Of a DNA stretch of 64,000 nucleotides, positions 37,245 to 50,200 are shown piece after piece. Source of the DNA: Neoconidiobolus thromboides FSU 785. Taxonomy: Eukaryota; Fungi; Entomophthoromycota. The notes beneath the pieces are model-generated. The model saw only the letters and a program-made list of their open reading frames with translations. It was not told the DNA's origin and did not search any database. The stretch is taken from the NCBI GenBank assembly GCA_025603075.1, contig MU626283.1, positions 62,001 to 126,000 on the forward strand, written 5' to 3'. Position 1 is the stretch's first letter, and the number at the start of each line of letters is the position of its first letter. Both the position numbers and the translations under genes were made by a program.

Positions 37245-40200
37245 ATGCTCTCAAGTAGTTCAATAAAAAACGCAATGAGTATCAACTTACATCCAGAGAA
37301 TGAGCTTGAAATTAGCAATGAAGTTGATTATTTTAAGGTAAAATTGGCCCAGCTTACTTCTGTAGGAGAAACCTAACTATTTTTGAAAAATATAGAAATT
37401 TGAACTTGAACTACAAAAAAATCATTACAAATATGGACTTCAATTAGCAAGAAATAATAATGATAGAAAGAGAGACTCTTACAACTCTGGGAATCAAGTG
37501 AAGCTTGAAGGCACAAAGAGGGCAGGGCGTCCAAGGAGTGCCACCATGCCAACCAATAAATTAGACTGGCTAAATTTAAACTTCGATCATTTTGTTAATG
37601 AGATGATAAAAAAACATACTTATACTTCACTGATATGGTATAAAGACTTAAAGCCAAAAGGTAGTTTATTGACGATATTAAATTTTAGGACTAATAGGGT
37701 TTTTAGAACATAAAGTTTATGTTGGTTATGACGAAGATTTTGGTCCTTTGTTTGTAACTTTATATTCTCAAGATAGTAGTCATGTAGTTTATTTATACTC
37801 TAATTGGGTATGACTTATTAAATATAAAATATTAAATATTAAAAAAAGGATGAATTTAGGGTAGCTCCAAAGTGGTAGTTGATAATGCAATGATAACACC
37901 TTCAAGTGTTAATATTACGCAGTCATTGACACCAAGAGCCTATAAAATTATCTTATTTTTAGCATTTGAAAAGTATTTGGAAGAACTTGAAAATCAACAG
38001 TTTAGCTTAAAGTCTTGGCAACAATCTATCGATTTCCTATCGCCGTGTTATGGGGACAATTTGTACAAGTTTGCTAATGATAAAAGAGGATATCAAAGAG
38101 ATTTTTTGCAAGATATTGATTCAAGCGTCACTTTATTTCAGTTAATTAAAAGTGATCTACCTAGATTTGTTGGACAGTTGGAATTGGTTGAAAATGAACA
38201 ACTTGAAAGAACCTTAAAAAATCTTGATAGAAAAATTGTATGTAGCTTTATTTTTATAAGTATAAATTTAATAAAAGAAATGATATTTTTAGATGCAAAA
38301 AAGTGTTACTGTTGATGTTATAATTCACCACTCTGGACTAAATAGAACAATGGGTAACTATTAATTTTTTTTAAATAGAATTTATAAATATTATTATAGA
38401 ACAAAGAGATACTTTCAATGCCTTTATTAAAATATGTGGCGAACCTTTAGTCCAAAATGGCTCTTCAATTACTCGTGAAGAGCTTATCAACCCAACTATC
38501 ATTAGTGAAACATCCGATGATCCGACTCAAGTAAATCTTATTTTAATTAATATTTGAGTTATTTTATTCTTTAGCTTATTGCAAGAAGAAGAATCATCTT
38601 CCAGGAATTATTAGATTCTGAAACAAAATATGTTAATAAATTAAAGGCTATTGTTGAGGTAATAAAAAACACGAAATTATAGCAAATATCAACATTAACA
38701 ATAGATTTATTAGGTATTTATCAAACCATTAAGAAATTTAGCTGACAAAGGAAGTAATTTAATACGTCATTATGATATTAAAGCTACCTTTCAATACATC
38801 GAAGATATCCTTGAAGTCAATCAAGCATTTTTATTGGACTTACAATCCTATGACCCAGAAACCTCAAATTTAGGGGAAATCTGTTTGAAACATGTATTAT
38901 AATTATTTACTACTAGTTAATATGACTTATTAATTCGTCACAGGCCAAAACATTTGAAATATATGAACCCTATATATCAGGGTATCGATATTCCTTAGAG
39001 TATAATGTTACATTAGAACGTAAAAACAACTTTTATTATAATTTTGTTATGGTAAATTAATTATTATATAATTAAAATTAAAAATTAAAAATTTTATAAA
39101 GAAAGCAAGGGATCACCCGGAATGTTTCAAATTGGCACTCAAAGATTTATTAGTTATGCCAGTACAAAGGGTGCCACGATACAATTTACTCTTTTCAGGT
39201 AATATAAACATATTTAACTTTAACTTTAAACTCACTCTTTAAGATTATCTCCGATTTACGCCAAAGGATGATCCAGAATATGATGGACTATATAAAGCCT
39301 TAGTTAAAATCAATGAAATAAGCTATTTAGCATCTCATCGATTATCTGAAAAAGCAGAAGAGCTCTCAAGGCTTTTATTTTCAATAGCAGATTGTCCAGT
39401 AACTTTTATACTAATTTTAAGTTTGAAAACCAAACTTACATTTATTTTAGCCTAAAATCATGAGTTCTTCAAGGCATTTCGTTACCCAATTTGATTGTAT
39501 TGAAGCGGATATCACCACACTTTCAGGCCAAGATAATATCACTTTATTTTTACTAAGTGATTGTTTGATCATTACTAAGCGTAATAAGGATAGTAGTAGT
39601 ACTAAAAAGAAATCGTTTCACTTTATTTCATGGATCGATCTAAATGGGTTAGAAGTTTTAGATGCTGAGCCCTATGGTAAGTTATAACTACAAAAAATTA
39701 CATCACAAAATATTTATTTTCATTTTAGGTAACATGCATGCACTTTATTTTAAAGGTTCGCTTGAATATAGTGAAGATTTATACTGGGATCATCAAGAGA
39801 TTCATATGTTTTCAACTATAGATGCATCAGATAAAGCTAGATTTTATAATGAACTTGTTACTACTACTGCAATTTGTAAAGCAAAAAGTAAATCTAAAAT
39901 AAGCTAATATTATATATTTAAATTAACTTGTTTCAAAGAAAATGGAAGCTCATGTTATCATCATTCAATTAAAGATATTGATTTATTTTTTAATATTTAT
40001 AAACCTGAGTTGTACGAACAGAGTTTACATAAGGTAATTAAATTTTAGATATTTTGATTTTGATAATTCATTTTAAATAAAGAGTGATATTGCACTTCAT
40101 TATGTTGAAGATTCAGCAATAGCCATTCCTAGTTATTTTGAAAAAGCATCACCAGCTCTTGTTAGTGGAATGATAAAAGCAAGAGATTGTCGATTTAGGT

Positions 40201-41031
40201 AGAACAATTCATAATAATAGTAATAGCAGTTTATTGATATTTGTTTAGTTGTTGTTTTAGAAGTCGACCTAAATGTGATAACATATTGGAACACATCCCA
40301 GAAGATTATCAAAGTTATTTTTTAAATGAAAGTAATTTATTAGAGGCCAATAATTTCCAGCTACCCTTTTTATTCCAAGATACTTTTTATCAGTCGAGTA
40401 AATTATTTTTATTTTTATTTTTGCATACTGATTTAATATTCGTTTACTATTCTTTGTAGTTTTGCTTTATAAAATGGCACTTAAAACATGTCTTAACAAC
40501 CAATTAAAACTACAAACGTATCATCGAGTGCTATTAGAGAGTCTATATGGGCTTCATTTTCCAAACTCAAAGTCAAGCCATTATTATTTATCCAAGATTC
40601 GTACCTTTTCTCACAAATTAAAAGGGGACAAATTCATTTTAGTATCTAACGGTTTAGCTAATGTTAATACCATTGTGCGTAAATTACCTTATAAACAAGC
40701 ACAGCATCAACTTGGTACGAATAGTTCTGAACATTATCGTGAGTTAGGGACTAAAACTCGATCTTTAACTGATCCTTTAAGATCTTTTCCTTCAATGATG
40801 GATAAAATTTCAGCTACTGCTAGAAAGGTTACACCGACTAAAATTAAGATCCCTAAACCAGGAGTTGCTACACCTATGTTAAGTCCCATTTCACCACTGA
40901 GTCCAGTTATCTCTGTTAAGTCATCCAAAGAAAGTATGAAAGAACCCCAAAAAGAAACTAGTTCATCCGCAGGTCGTAAAAAACGTAGTTCTTTTATTAA
41001 GGTTACTCGTTTCTTTTCTTGGAATAGATGA
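37245..41031 (+). CDS. DH-PH RhoGEF (Ect2/Bud3/Gef3-like) with an N-terminal RapGAP-like fragment, multi-exon; start uncertain
   Basis: DH: RRRIIFQELLDSETKYVNKL..LVMPVQRVPRYNLLF..LLRFTPKDDPEY; DCP|PKIMSSSRHFV..TLFLLSDCLII PH. N-terminal EHKVYVGYDEDFGPLFVTL and DTFNAFIKICGEPL. Confidence 0.8.
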
Positions 41032-41260
41032 AAATTAAGCTAACAAATTTTATTAAAAACTAATCTTGTGATATCTATTATGTTTTAACAGTCTAATAAA
41101 AATTTTAAATTAAAAATAAACTGAATAAAAAGTTTACTCTTTAATAATTAATTTGAAAGTTGAGCTGTAAAAGAATACATACAAGAGTAAACTATTCATT
41201 AGAGAACAAGGGATAAGTAACAGCAAACAAAATAACATGGAAATAAATTACCCACTAAAA

Positions 41261-43138
41261 CTAATGGAATAGGTCAAATCGAACTTTGTTTTTGCTTTTA
41301 GAAAAGCAATTCAATACATCTTTTTCATTTTTAATTAATGTGTAGAACTTTTCATACTCATGGTTCAACGCTTTATCTTTGATTACTTTACTAAATGTTG
41401 GATTTTTACACATGTTTTTTGATACTAAGTAAAACAAGGCCAATGAAAACGTTACTTGTCCTGTAATCCAAGAACTCTGTTTAAGTGTAATGAAATGGTT
41501 AATTCCCAGGATGATTGTTTTAGATATATGCTCTGGTTGATCATATTTGGGTATATGTCGAATAAGAAATAATAAGCATCTTGATACCAACCCTAATCGC
41601 ATATTATAATGTGTATCCGTACCAATAACAATATCATATGTTATTACTTTGGCTGCTTCTTCAATAGCTAGTTTCATATACTTACTATGCAACTTATTCT
41701 TTTCCGGCTCTGTATTGGTTCTAAAATAAAGTACTAAAGAATAGACCCAATAAATACCATAAATGGAACGAAATAAGATAAAGTGAGCATGACGTTCCAA
41801 AATATGATGTAACTCCTTAGGAGTACTTGCTTTGAGACATAAAAGTTTATTGGAATAATAGGTGCCTTTTTTACGTAAAATTTCTGTTACTTCATCGATG
41901 TGCTTATAAATCACTGAAGGCATTAATTGTTGGTGCATTGCTTGAATCCGCCATAGATTGATTAAATTGAATGTTTCGCCTTGTTGACTAGTACTTTCTG
42001 CTGTTATTAAGCAGCAGTAATCAGAAACGGTCCATAAATTTAAATTCATTTTCATTGTTTTTAAATATTGTTTATATACTGCTTTTGTGCTCGCTGTCTT
42101 ATATGGTTTTGCTCCATTAAGTGATACTAAACAAGGTACATCACACGACCAATTTAGTATATAGCTTAGATGAGTGATTGAGGTATAAGCCAATTTCCTT
42201 TCAAGTATCAAGTTACTATCTAAATGCGTTGGTGAGCCACGATGTAATCCAAGTGAATAGGACATATCTATAGCAACTGTATGAAGATACCATAAACAAG
42301 ATCTTACCCAACCATAGGATTGTAAGCCTAAAGCGATGATAAGAAAAGCTTGTAAAGTATCAAATTGATTTAATGAATATTGTTTTTTAAACAAGCTATG
42401 TACTTTATACTCAAGATATAGCTTTAAGGTGTTATTGAAAGTGTTGGATTCTAGATGAGATATACCAGAGAGATAAACAGAACACAAAACGAGTTCAGTT
42501 CTAGGTCTAGAAAAAAAGGATTTTTTTGTAAAGAGAGGTATGAAAGGGTTAACAAATTTAAAAAAAGCGTCGATACAATCCGAATAAATACCCTTAATAG
42601 TAGATGTATTAAAATTGGGTTCTTTAATCAATAATGGAACTTTATTTTTTATTTTTGTTATATTATCAAACTTTTTTATTACTTCCATAAAGATGATATC
42701 GTTATCACCATTATCTTTTAAAGTTGGAAACTCAAATAATGCTAAAAAATTATTGATAATCCTTTTCCTCGGGAAGGAGTTAACAATGTTTAGAAATTCT
42801 TTGATTACTTGTGTTTCATCCGACACCACTTTAAAAAAAGTATGTTTAAAACTTGTTGGCTTCGTAATCAACTGGTTTAATTTATTCTGTTGATTTCCAT
42901 TTTCTTTGGCATCTTCTTTATAGTCTAATATAACAAACTCTTCTTTATTTTGTATCTTAAAACTATTGATATATCTTTCTACTTCTGGTTTGATCTTTTT
43001 ATGTGTCTTTAATGCCCGCTCATAATTACATTCAATATCCAAGTGTTCACATGATTTACAAATCGGTATATCTCTAGAGCATCCTAATCCTCTTTTTGCG
43101 CATTGATCACAACGGTTTGGCATAAGTAAAGAATTCAT
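41261..43138 (-). CDS. Zn(II)2Cys6 transcription factor with fungal middle homology region, intronless
   Basis: CDQCAKRGLGCSRDIPICKSCEHLDIEC six-Cys cluster; FFKFVNPFIPLF, TLQAFLII, AIDMSYSLGLH and ERKLAY motifs. Confidence 0.88.
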   Translation of the reverse strand: MNSLLMPNRCDQCAKRGLGCSRDIPICKSCEHLDIECNYERALKTHKKIKPEVERYINSFKIQNKEEFVILDYKEDAKENGNQQNKLNQLITKPTSFKHTFFKVVSDETQVIKEFLNIVNSFPRKRIINNFLALFEFPTLKDNGDNDIIFMEVIKKFDNITKIKNKVPLLIKEPNFNTSTIKGIYSDCIDAFFKFVNPFIPLFTKKSFFSRPRTELVLCSVYLSGISHLESNTFNNTLKLYLEYKVHSLFKKQYSLNQFDTLQAFLIIALGLQSYGWVRSCLWYLHTVAIDMSYSLGLHRGSPTHLDSNLILERKLAYTSITHLSYILNWSCDVPCLVSLNGAKPYKTASTKAVYKQYLKTMKMNLNLWTVSDYCCLITAESTSQQGETFNLINLWRIQAMHQQLMPSVIYKHIDEVTEILRKKGTYYSNKLLCLKASTPKELHHILERHAHFILFRSIYGIYWVYSLVLYFRTNTEPEKNKLHSKYMKLAIEEAAKVITYDIVIGTDTHYNMRLGLVSRCLLFLIRHIPKYDQPEHISKTIILGINHFITLKQSSWITGQVTFSLALFYLVSKNMCKNPTFSKVIKDKALNHEYEKFYTLIKNEKDVLNCFSKSKNKVRFDLFH

Positions 43139-44135
43139 TGTTTTTAGTTTAACTTTAAAATAATCAAAAGGTGATTTTCTTTTATTTTAAATCTAAAATA
43201 ATATAAAGATGAAATAGCAATGAGTCAATAAAAAAATGTAAAACATTTGTAGCTTGGAGTAATGAAAATTTTTAAGCCAATTATTTTTGGATCACAGTTC
43301 ACCAAGTTTCAATATGTCTTATTTTAGCTTTATTCTTTACTTGTATTCTGTTTCTTGTTCAATGCTTCTTTGTTTATTTGGAAGGTATAACTGTCGTATT
43401 TTGAATAAACTGCTGTAGCTGTTTATTTTCTATTCCTACCAGTTTATTCTGGTTGCCTCGACCTGTTTTTGCTAAAAATGTAATAGTGTTAATTTAATAG
43501 TTATTTTAGCTCAATTTTATTGATTTTTAATTTACGAAAGAGATAGTATATGCTTACCACATTGCCAATAAAAGCGTTGATGATACTGACTTTTATCATA
43601 TTAACATATTTCATGTATTAATATTATGTTTTGGTATGTTGTATTGCATAGGTTTATTTACTTAAACAGATTTATACGATTACAAATAATACAATGCTGC
43701 ATTAATAAAACTTCACTTTTAATTGGAGAAATTTCAGCTTATAATAAAAACCCAAAGACCCTTTTTAAAAGTATGCTTAAATCTGATCATAGAATTTTTA
43801 CAGATGTTTACCAACAAAATAAGCTTATAAAATAACAGGCTAAAGAATCCAAATTGCTAATACTGAAATTAAATGGAACAAGAGATGGCATTTCCTAATC
43901 TTAAAATTATTTAGTTTCAAAGTTATTTTAAAATTGTTATATTAGACTATATTAGGATATTATAAATATTTTTTTTAGGTAAGAGCTTATCTATTTTATA
44001 AAAAAAGAAAAACTTTATTCGAAACATTGATAAAACATCTTTTTATACCCTTCAAAAACATAAGATAGTAAGAGCGGATTCCAAGTACAATTTAATAGCA
44101 AATAAATAAAAAAAGCAAACAAAGTATGAATAAAC

Positions 44136-44435
44136 TCATGAACCAGAACTTAAAAAGGGGAGAAGGGCATGTAGTTTAAGCCTCAAATTCCAACCCTTTC
44201 TAGTATCATTATAGTTATAAACCATTTTAGTTGTTGAACTTAAACCATTAAACATAGAAGCGATATAAGAAAAAGTAAAAACAAAAAAGATTAAATTCAA
44301 GCTGAATAAATAAACAATGAAATGAATTAACCAAGGATGAAAGACCAATTGAAATGGATAGGTTACTATCTTTTGTAAACTTAGCATAAATCGCTTCTCT
44401 CCTTTTAGTTTACTATCACTTAAGTTGGGATTCAT
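44136..44435 (-). CDS. Possible small single-pass membrane protein (99 aa), divergent from ATG4
   Basis: aaaaATG context, uninterrupted ORF, one hydrophobic stretch WLIHFIVYLFSLNLIFFVFTFSYIASMF. No family recognised. Confidence 0.4.
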   Translation of the reverse strand: MNPNLSDSKLKGEKRFMLSLQKIVTYPFQLVFHPWLIHFIVYLFSLNLIFFVFTFSYIASMFNGLSSTTKMVYNYNDTRKGWNLRLKLHALLPFLSSGS

Positions 44436-44829
44436 TTTTGTAAAAAGTAAATTGAGAAATTTATAGTCGGTTTTTATTAACGTTGAATTTTAAGGGGTTG
44501 ACCAATGAAATTTAGTTTCAATAATGGTTGGGTAGTTATTGGATTTAAAGTTGGCAGTGAATGGCAACTAAATGCGTACTTATTTTTAATATTTTAAAAA
44601 TAAACTCATTTTATAATTCATTAATAAAATATAGTTCCAATTATTTTTAATGAATTTTGTTATTTTTCAAATACGTCTTAACACTTTTATAGTTTAATTA
44701 GCAATTTTAAGATATAATAAAAGCAGTCACTTTCATGAATTAATTTTTTCATTGCACAATTTTCTACATTTAGTAAAACTTGAGCTTAATCTCCCATTTT
44801 GTTTAAGATAAGTGATTTTACTTCAACAA

Positions 44830-44838
44830 TGATTGGCT
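44830..44838. promoter_or_regulatory. CCAAT box upstream of ATG4
   Basis: TGATTGGCT (reverse AGCCAATCA) ~150 nt upstream of the ATG. Confidence 0.45.
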
Positions 44839-44985
44839 CTACTAAGATATTAGCAAAAGGCTTAAACACTCAACTAAGTTAACGAGCATGATAACAAAGC
44901 GATCAAGACCCAAAAATAAGTTAAACATTTTTTAAAATTAAAAGCTCAACGATAACAAAAAAAGAAAATTTTAATTGAATGAAAC

Positions 44986-46704
44986 ATGTCGATTAAAGCA
45001 GAAAGTATTAATTCAAAATCAGAAGGTTCTGTTGAAAAAGTATTAGAAGACGCAAAAGGGATGGCAAACTCATTATCTTTAAGAATAAGTAATTGGTGGA
45101 ACGCATTATTACCAGTCAATCAAGATATTAGTCCAACGCCAAAAAATAATAATTTATCTCAAACAGATATAGAAATTAAAAGTTTAGAAGCTTTAAGGAA
45201 CTCTTGGTATTCAAGTAAAGAAAAAAAGAGATTATCGAATACTTCAATTGCTTCGAATGGAACAAGTTCTCAATCAAATGAGGGCGAATATGCTACTATT
45301 TGGCTATTGGGAAAAGATTATAAGATACTTGCTCAAGATTTAGTTAATGGTAACTTTGATGCTTTTCAACCTTTGTTAGAAGACTTTCAAGCTCAACCTT
45401 GGTTCACTTATCGTCATCATTTTCAAACTTTATTACCTTCAACTTATACAACTGACTCTGGATGGGGTTGTATGCTAAGAAGCGGACAATGTCTATTAGG
45501 ACAGACATTCTTTCGTAGGGAGTTGGGGAGAGGTAAATGGATTTGTGATTTTAAAAACTTAAATATTAAATTTTGTAGATTGGAGGCTTAAAGATAATAA
45601 AGATGAAAAAGTTGGAATAAAATACAAAAAAGTAAAATATAAAATACTCAAGTTAAAAGTAGATTAAAAGAAATTACTAGATATTATCTTGGTTTTTAGA
45701 TGAAATGTCAATCAACAGCCCGTATTCTATCCATAGAATTGCATTATTAGGAAAACAATATAAAAAAGAAATCGGGGATTGGTTTGGACCACATACTATG
45801 GCATTAGTTATAAAGTAAGATAATTCTTAGTTATAATAGAAACAATAATATTTACTTTTGAAAAAGATCTTTAGTATTAGATCATGAAGATATTGATTTA
45901 AATGTATATATTAATACAGAAGGCACAATTTATAAATCGGAAATATTGTCACCTAATTTAGCTTCAAGTGCTTATGAAGGTATGTCTAATTCTTTTAATG
46001 ATAAATCAATAACTGCTGAGGCTGGATTTACACCTACGCTGATCTTGTTACCAATAAGGCTTGGTGTAGAAACTTTGAATTCTATTTATCATGTTGCTTT
46101 GAAGGTAAATTGTAATCGGGGATGAAAATATAATTGGTTTATTGATACTTTTGTTTTAGAGTTACTTTGGATTTCCTCAGATTGTTGGAATTGCTGGGTA
46201 AGTTTAATCATATTTATTGGTGTTTTAAAGTTTAATATGTTTATAGCGGTAAACCAAAATCATCGCTATATTTTATGGGATTTGAAGGTAATTTGAGGCG
46301 TTTCTTTTTAGAAGTTAAATATTAATTTTGTTTTATTAGATGACAATATTATCTATTCTGATCCCCATCATTCTCGACCTGCATTAGCAAGTAAAAACAT
46401 AGATGAGTATAATTATGAAGTAAGATACTTAAACAATCAAATAGTAAAATAGATTAATAGTATACATTATTAGGATTTTTTAAGTTATCATTGTGAATTA
46501 CCGAATAAGATTAATATAGCACAATTAGATCCATGCATGCTATTAGGCTTCTATTGTGATAACCAAAAAGAGTTTTTAGATTTTTGTCAACGATCAGAAG
46601 AATTAGCTAAATATACAACACCTATATTCCGAGTTTGTGATCAAAAACCAGTTTATTTAGATGATTTTAATATGGAGCCCGATTCTGATGATGATCAATT
46701 TTAA
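44986..46704 (+). CDS. ATG4: Atg4 cysteine protease (Atg8 processing), multi-exon
   Basis: WFTYR..TTDSGWGCMLRSGQ (catalytic Cys); PYSIHRI; GDWFGP; LPIRLG; GIAG|GKPKSSLYF; YSDPH (Asp/His); LDPCMLLGF; acidic tail. Confidence 0.96.
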
Positions 46705-47287
46705 TATGAACTTATGGATTTCTTGTGTATAGTTTAGTGCCATTGTAGTAGCAACCTTTTCCTATTTATATAGTAGCAGTAATATATATATATTTGTATT
46801 ATATTTTTTGTGTCTTTTTGAACTTTTTTGTCTTATAATTAGAAATTTTGATTTATTTTAGTTGGTAATTAAGGTTTGATTTGATATTATAAAGCATAAA
46901 TATGATTAGATATCTGTAAAGTATTATGCTAGTAGTCATTCTACTTATATCCTTATTTTTTTAAATTATAAGTTAATAAAAAAAATACAACATGCTTAAA
47001 CTATTCGTTTGTAAAATTGGTCATACTTTTTTAACAAAGGCATTAAAACAAATGATACTTAAAGTTTAAATATTTGTAAAATTAGTTTGAGATAGCTTTG
47101 ATAGTAATAATAAATTAAATCGATACATTTTGTCTCTATTTTTAGCTTGAAAAAAATGATGTAGCAAATAAATGATCAAAATTTAAAAATGATTGAATCA
47201 CAAAGAAAAAGATATTAAAAAAAGCATTTTAAATAAACTTTAAAAACTAAAAGATTTCTTTCTTTACATTATTAAAAAGTAAAAGAA

Positions 47288-50200
47288 ATGAAGCAATTAA
47301 AAGAAACACGCTTGCGGTTAGAAGACATAACTTCTAATGGTTGTCCGATGAAGAGCTTATATCTAGATAAAACAGAAACTGAGATAGAAACTGGAATCAA
47401 ATCGAATCAACCTGAACTAATTGAACCATTGAATAACGATTATTTTGAGTTAAAGATTGACCAAGTCATAGTTAAATTCTATATCAAAGTAGGAAGTGAT
47501 AAAGATAGCCTAACTATATCAATAATTGAACAAAAGAGGGATTTAAATAGTAGTGATTTGTTTGAACAAGAAGTAATGTCTGAATCAACGACTAATGAAA
47601 TACCTTTAGTTACTCAGTTAAAAGTACATTTCAATAACAGTAAAGTATTAAAATACCAAATAGAATATAATCAACGTCATTGTTATCTTATGTGTTTATT
47701 AGATAGTTTAGAATACCAATGTTTTGAACTTAATTTAACATCTGTACCAACTGTTGGATTTAAAGAACCATTGTTATTGAAGCAGCATAGTACTTATTTA
47801 AAAAGGTATTCTGTATTTGAAATTAAATATTTTGGTATTGTGGATCTAAACTCGTTTGTAGTTTGTAATCAAAATTTCCAATTAATTTATTTTCAATTTA
47901 ATTTAGATAATGGTAATTTATATTTATTTCAATCTACTTTATTTCTTAATTTTATTTTAGGAATAATTAGTTTTAAAGAATTGAAAATACCTTTTGATTT
48001 TAATTTTAATGGTTTGGTTCGTGCTTTCAATTTGAGAAATAATACCATTAATAATAATACTCAAAATCAAGTGATTCAACATAGTAATATTATGGATTAT
48101 GAAGGTAATGTTAATAAAATAATTACGTTACATTGTGATGGTAAATTAAGGGTGTGGGATTTAAAGGAACAAGTTATTGTATTTCATTATCAAATTGAGC
48201 AATTCAGTCATCAAAACAATCAAATGAATATATATTTTCACCAAAATATATATTATCTAATTGTAAGTGATAAAAATGAAAAACAAAAAGTTCAATTTTT
48301 CATTTATAAGTTTCAAATTAGTCATATGGAGGCTGTCCACTCATTTCATTTATTAGATAAAGTAAATTATTTTAATTTAATTCAATTGAATAATCCAGCG
48401 AATAATTGTAATACTAATGTAATAGATTTTATACTTTTATTTAATAACAATACAATTCAATTATACGGCCTTTTTGAAATTAATCAATTAAGGTATGTTA
48501 ATAGTATCAATATTAATAATTATTACAATCAACAATATAATAATAACAATGACAACATGATTGACACAAATGATAGTATAATAATCAATGAACAAATTAT
48601 AAACAATAATAATAATGAATGGAATTCAATCATATTAGAAAATTCACTAGAATTAAGGATTGAAAAAAAAATTGAACAAATCAAATCACAACAAAAAATT
48701 GAAAACAACATACTTGAATTTTTATTCGAGTTATCTACATTTGGTTCTTTTATTTTACGGGATACTTATCAACGATTTATATTAAAATATAATATCAATC
48801 ATTTCCAATTAATGAATCATGGAATTAATAATAATAAGGAATCAATTTATCTAAATATTGTTAAAGCAATGAATTATTTGTTTAGCTTAGAGTTAAGTAA
48901 TAATAATAATAATAATAATAATAGTGATAGTATAGAAGGTATTAAAGAGAACATATGGATTAAATTTTTAAAGTGTAGTTTAATTAGTTTAAAGAAATAT
49001 GGATTACCAATTAAATTTTATTTTAGTCCTATCATAAATAATGAATTAACAACTAATAATAATAATAATGAATCATCATATTTACCTAAATTAATTTATA
49101 ATGATGGTTTAAGTTTATTTACAACAATTAATTATAGTGAATTTTTATATTATCAATTATTTAATAATCAGTTATTTAATTTAATTCACTTATTTCAATT
49201 TAATATAAACCAACAACAAGAAATTATTGTTAATACTGAAGATTATAATAATAGTTATATGAGCATAAATAATAGTAATAATGAAATAATTGTTAATGGG
49301 TATACATCGAATATTAATTTAAATCAAGATTTAATTAGTTATATGAAATTAATAGAAGTAATTGAACAAAGTATTAATGAAATACAATTACAATTAATTG
49401 AATCTCAATTAATCGAATTATTAATTAAAAATCAAGAATTTAATTTAAATTTTATAGATGTCATTCAATATTCAATATTAAAATGGGAAGAAAATAATCA
49501 CTTATTTTTAAATCTAGAATTAGAATTGATATCTATATCCAATAATATTCATCATTTATCTATTCATCAATTTTTATTGGATTATTTATTTAACATTACT
49601 AACGACCAAGAAGCTAATAATAATAACAATGAAGACGAAAGTAATGAAGATTTAATTGTTAATAGTTTGTTAGAATTAAGTGAATTAAACTATTCAATTT
49701 ACAGTAAATTAAATAGTCAAAGTAAATTAAGTCCAATTATAATAATTTTATTGATTACTATCAATAATAGTCAACAATTAAAAATAAATTTGAAATTAGA
49801 AGAGGAAGAATTTAATATATTAGATTCAATTCGATATTCAACTGTTTTGATGGGAATATACCATTTATTTTTCAAGCCATTAATATTACATCAAAATCAT
49901 CAAATCAATGAAGAAAATATTCAAAGTTTAATTCAATACAATAATAACCAAGAAAACCAAATGTTAATATATAATTCAATTAAAGATATTCAACATTCTA
50001 CTTTATTTTTTGATTATTTTAAAAAGAAAGGAATAGAAATTCAATTAATGAAAGATCCCAAATTATTTATTAAACAATTATTAAATTATTTTATATTTAA
50101 AAAAGAAGAATCAAATAATCCATTTTATTTAATTAACGATCAAAAAACAGTAAATTCAATTTCATTGTTTTTAGCAGATTTAATTAAATATCTAATTTAT

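Noticed and set aside
21272-46704. ATG22, ATG4, VAMP7, TBC and ArfGAP as an autophagy/trafficking gene cluster
   Set aside because: They are spread over 25+ kb among unrelated housekeeping genes; these categories are common enough to co-occur by chance.
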